From a virus, in the UHGV virus genome UHGV-0464415: a stretch of 36,930 nt of DNA; one strand, written 5' to 3'. The notes beneath the pieces were generated by a model. That model worked only from the letters and a program-made list of their open reading frames with translations. It was not told the DNA's origin and did not search any database. Positions 34,150-36,930 of this stretch are shown piece by piece (positions within the stretch are counted from its first letter, which is position 1; the number at the start of each line of letters is the position of its first letter). Both the position numbers and the translations under genes were made by a program.

Positions 34150-35049
34150 ATGAGGAGAATCAGATTAAACCTGAGATTATTTGAAGGTGCAGCCGGGGAG
34201 TCCGGTGGTGCTGGAGGTGATGGGACAGCCGGAGCAGCAGAGGCGGCAGGAACACAGTTGGAAGAGGGGACACAGCCGGAAGGGGAATTGGAGACGGAAC
34301 CGGAGGGACCGGACATAGGGGAGCCTGTACCGCCAGAAGATAGGGAAGAAGCATTCAAGAAAATCAAGGCCGAGTACAAGGATTTAATAGGCCGGGACAT
34401 TGAGAAAGCAGTGAACCGCAGATATGCGGAAAACCAGCAGCTTCAGGGCCAGCTTAAGGCATACGAACCGCTGCTTAACCTTCTGGGGGCAAGGTATGGT
34501 GTCACTACCGGGAAGGTGGAGGACATAGTGGCGGCCATCGATAACGATGACAGTTTCTATGAGGCTGCCGCACTGAAGGCCGGTATGACCGTTGACCAGT
34601 ATAGGGGCCTGCTGAACCTACAGGTACAGAACCAGCAGCTTCTTGCAGTGCAGAGGGAACAGGAGGATGCAAGACGGAGGGAACAGCTTACAAAACGGTG
34701 GAATATGGAGGCGGAACGCTGCAAGCAGTTATTCCCAGGTTTCAGCATGGATGCTGAATGCCAGAATCCCGATTTCGTAAGGATGCTTGGGTCCGGTGTC
34801 AGTGTTGAGGCAGCCTATAAGGCGCTGCACTTTGATGAAATCAGCCAGGGCCTGATAGCCAGGACAGAGAATGACACGAAGAAGAAGGTAGCTGATACCG
34901 TCAGGTCAGGGGCGGCCAGGCCAAGCGAGAATGGGGTAGGAAAAAACGCAGCCACAACAACCAAGATTGATGTGGAGCATATGACGTATGAGCAGATGGA
35001 CGCGCTTATAGAAAGGGCGCGGAATGGAGAGCATGTAACAATTGGATAA
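34150..35049 (+). CDS. Scaffold protein: acidic, helical, with N-terminal propeptide MRRIRLNLRLFEG.
   Basis: RBS AAAGGAGAATGAG. E/A/Q-rich coiled-coil composition. Position between protease and capsid. Confidence 0.6.
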   Translation: MRRIRLNLRLFEGAAGESGGAGGDGTAGAAEAAGTQLEEGTQPEGELETEPEGPDIGEPVPPEDREEAFKKIKAEYKDLIGRDIEKAVNRRYAENQQLQGQLKAYEPLLNLLGARYGVTTGKVEDIVAAIDNDDSFYEAAALKAGMTVDQYRGLLNLQVQNQQLLAVQREQEDARRREQLTKRWNMEAERCKQLFPGFSMDAECQNPDFVRMLGSGVSVEAAYKALHFDEISQGLIARTENDTKKKVADTVRSGAARPSENGVGKNAATTTKIDVEHMTYEQMDALIERARNGEHVTIG

Positions 35050-35064
35050 TGGGAAGGAGAAAGA

Positions 35065-36057
35065 ATGAAAGAGAAACTGATGTTGAACCTGAGGTTATTT
35101 GATACATCCATACCGGCAAACACCACGGGGACCGCCTCGCTGGCACCGGAAATGAAAACTTTTTATGATAAGAACCTGTTGAGGTATACAAAACCAATGC
35201 TGGTACATGATCAATTCGGACAGGCAAGGAACATACCTAAGAACGGAGGAAAGAGGATTGAATTTAGACGGTTTGAACAGCTGCCAAAGGCCCTTACCCC
35301 GTTAACTGAGGGAGTGACACCGGAAGGGCAGACCATGACGGTAACGAAGCTGGAGGCAGAGGTGAAACAGTATGGAGGATATGTATCCCTATCTGACCAG
35401 ATCAGCATGACCGCAATTGATAATGTTGTTGTCGAAGCCACGACATCCATCGGAAACCAGGCAGGCGGGACATTGGATACCATATCCAGGGAAGCCCTGA
35501 ACGCAGGGACAAATGTACTGTATGCAGAGGGACAGGTCTCATCCAGGGCTGAAATCACAGCAGATATGAAGTTGACAGTAAAAGCAATCAAAATGGCTGT
35601 AAGGGCGCTTAAAGTGCAGAATACCCAGAAAATCAATGGTCACTATGTAGCCATCATACATCCTGATTGTTCATACGATATCACAAACGATGAAAGATTC
35701 ATTGAAATTGTGAAATATAAAAACCCGGAAAGAATCTATGAAGGAGAGATTGGGACATTAGAGGGCGTAAGGTTCGTGGAAACCACAGAGGCTAAGAAAT
35801 TTGTCAATGCCGGCGCGTCAGGGATTGATGTATATTCCACCTTGCTGATTGGGGCAAATGCATATGCAACAACCAATATTGAGGGAGGAGGGCTTGAGAC
35901 AATCATAAAGCCACTTGGAAGCGGAGGTACAAGCGACCCGTTAAACCAGCGTTCAACCGTGGGTTGGAAAGCCATGAAGGTAACAGAAATACTGTCACAG
36001 CAGTACATGATCAGGATTGAAACCGCATCCACCTATAATGACCATACAGAAAACTAA
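35065..36057 (+). CDS. Major capsid protein, 330 aa, with N-terminal propeptide MKEKLMLNLRLFD.
   Basis: RBS GGGAAGGAG. Position after the scaffold. Size typical of HK97-fold capsid proteins. Confidence 0.65.
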   Translation: MKEKLMLNLRLFDTSIPANTTGTASLAPEMKTFYDKNLLRYTKPMLVHDQFGQARNIPKNGGKRIEFRRFEQLPKALTPLTEGVTPEGQTMTVTKLEAEVKQYGGYVSLSDQISMTAIDNVVVEATTSIGNQAGGTLDTISREALNAGTNVLYAEGQVSSRAEITADMKLTVKAIKMAVRALKVQNTQKINGHYVAIIHPDCSYDITNDERFIEIVKYKNPERIYEGEIGTLEGVRFVETTEAKKFVNAGASGIDVYSTLLIGANAYATTNIEGGGLETIIKPLGSGGTSDPLNQRSTVGWKAMKVTEILSQQYMIRIETASTYNDHTEN

Positions 36058-36068
36058 TGGAGGTAAAC

Positions 36069-36302
36069 ATGGCAGCATCAAAGAAAGAAGATATGGTAAA
36101 GTTCAGGTTGTTCAGGGACAATGACAGATATAAAGCACCGCTGTTCGTGGGAGTGAATGGAAAAGCCTATCTGGTGGAAAGAGGCGTTGATGTAGAAATG
36201 CCCAGGTCTGTACATGAAGTGATTGTAAACAGCCTGAACCAGATGAATGTGGCAGAAGCTGCAATGGAAAGCGCAAAACAGATTGAGTTAATCCAGGGAT
36301 AA
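36069..36302 (+). CDS. Small virion-associated protein, ~77 aa.
   Basis: RBS GGAGGT 4 nt before ATG 36069 (the ORF track starts at 36057). Confidence 0.35.
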   Translation: MAASKKEDMVKFRLFRDNDRYKAPLFVGVNGKAYLVERGVDVEMPRSVHEVIVNSLNQMNVAEAAMESAKQIELIQG

Positions 36303-36317
36303 GAAGGAGCAGGCAGG

Positions 36318-36930
36318 ATGATTACAGTCAAGGGAAGGGAACTCATCATACCACGTTCTGAGCGGCAGATAGGTACACCATATGATAACAATGCGGAAGT
36401 GCGTCATATCCGTATAGACCGGGTGACATCGGGTGGTATTGATATTGCGAACCTTAATTACCGCCTGGACCTGGAATATGCCAATAACGTGTTGGATACC
36501 TGCCTGCTTGATGTTGAGGTGCAGGAAGAGTACATACTGCTTACGTGGACCATACCGGATACCTGCCTCACCCAGAAAGGCACAGTGTGGATAGCGGTAA
36601 GGGCATATGATGAGAATGGAAGCATCAAATGGGCCACAAACCGGGGTGCGGTATATGTAGGCCATACAATCTTTGATGGACCGGCATATACAGGGAAACT
36701 GAGTGAACTGGAGCAGCTGGAGGAACGCATTACCCAGAAGACGGAGATTCTGGACGCCAATGAGAGCGAGAGGAAGGAAGCAGAAGAACAGCGCAAGGTC
36801 AACGAGGAAAGGCGGGTCAATAACGAGGCTGAGTGGCAGAGGCAGGCAGAAACTGCAATCAACACAGCTAATGAGACGTTGCGGGAGGCACAGGAACAGG
36901 CAGGAATAGCAACCCAGAAGGCAACGGAAT
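36318..36930 (+). CDS. Tail fibre / receptor-binding protein, N-terminal portion (partial). Runs off the window end and continues in frame at nt 3.
   Basis: RBS AAGGAGCAGG. Frame 3 is open from ATG 36318 to the last base (hand-translated, no stop). Ends ...AGIATQKATE, joining TQKAKEAS... at the window start with the codon t|ca. Confidence 0.65.
   Translation, partial: MITVKGRELIIPRSERQIGTPYDNNAEVRHIRIDRVTSGGIDIANLNYRLDLEYANNVLDTCLLDVEVQEEYILLTWTIPDTCLTQKGTVWIAVRAYDENGSIKWATNRGAVYVGHTIFDGPAYTGKLSELEQLEERITQKTEILDANESERKEAEEQRKVNEERRVNNEAEWQRQAETAINTANETLREAQEQAGIATQKATE

Noticed and set aside
1-36930. CRISPR array
   Set aside because: No short direct repeats with regular spacers were seen. 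The only tandem repeats are the coding 84-nt fibre repeats.

Overview
This 36.9 kb window reads as a near-complete temperate phage or phage-plasmid of a low-GC Gram-positive host: almost all genes are on the + strand and have strong GGAGG-type RBSs. The two window ends belong to the same gene. A tail-fibre ORF starts at 36318, runs off the 3' end and continues in frame at nt 3 through 84-nt tandem repeats to a stop at 1037. The sequence therefore looks circular or circularly permuted.

Gene order from the start of the window:
- Fibre C-terminus, with a start-less antisense H-type-lectin cassette lying convergent to it.
- A DUF2829/Tad2-like gene and small unknown genes.
- A holin and a CHAP-domain endolysin with cell-wall-binding repeats.
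- Adaptor-like and structural genes, including two paralogous tail spikes with C-terminal S74 intramolecular-chaperone domains and a Q/N/Y-rich protein.
- A giant 2662-aa protein with a zincin HExxH motif and Gly/Ala-rich segments, followed by a terminator.
- A second start-less antisense H-lectin cassette, then a lysogeny switch (XRE repressor on the - strand, divergent promoters, three operator repeats).
- Early genes: HTH proteins, ParA, an HNH protein, ParB, a Dam-type N6-adenine methylase.
- An AT-rich island of small Cys-rich ORFs, a non-canonical tRNA-like element, and a tRNA 3'-end fragment with hairpins just upstream of a XerD-like tyrosine recombinase.
- An HUH rolling-circle Rep, then the head module: TerS, TerL, portal, Prp protease, scaffold, major capsid.

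No tail tube, sheath or tape-measure genes are recognisable, so the architecture is podovirus-like.

The most notable signal is a 12-mer, AAATAGCAATTT, present four times: once in the expressed fibre gene and once at the 5' end of each silent cassette in inverted orientation, with a fourth copy flanking cassette 2. That is the signature of a DNA-inversion (shufflon or G-segment-like) system for switching the receptor-binding tip.
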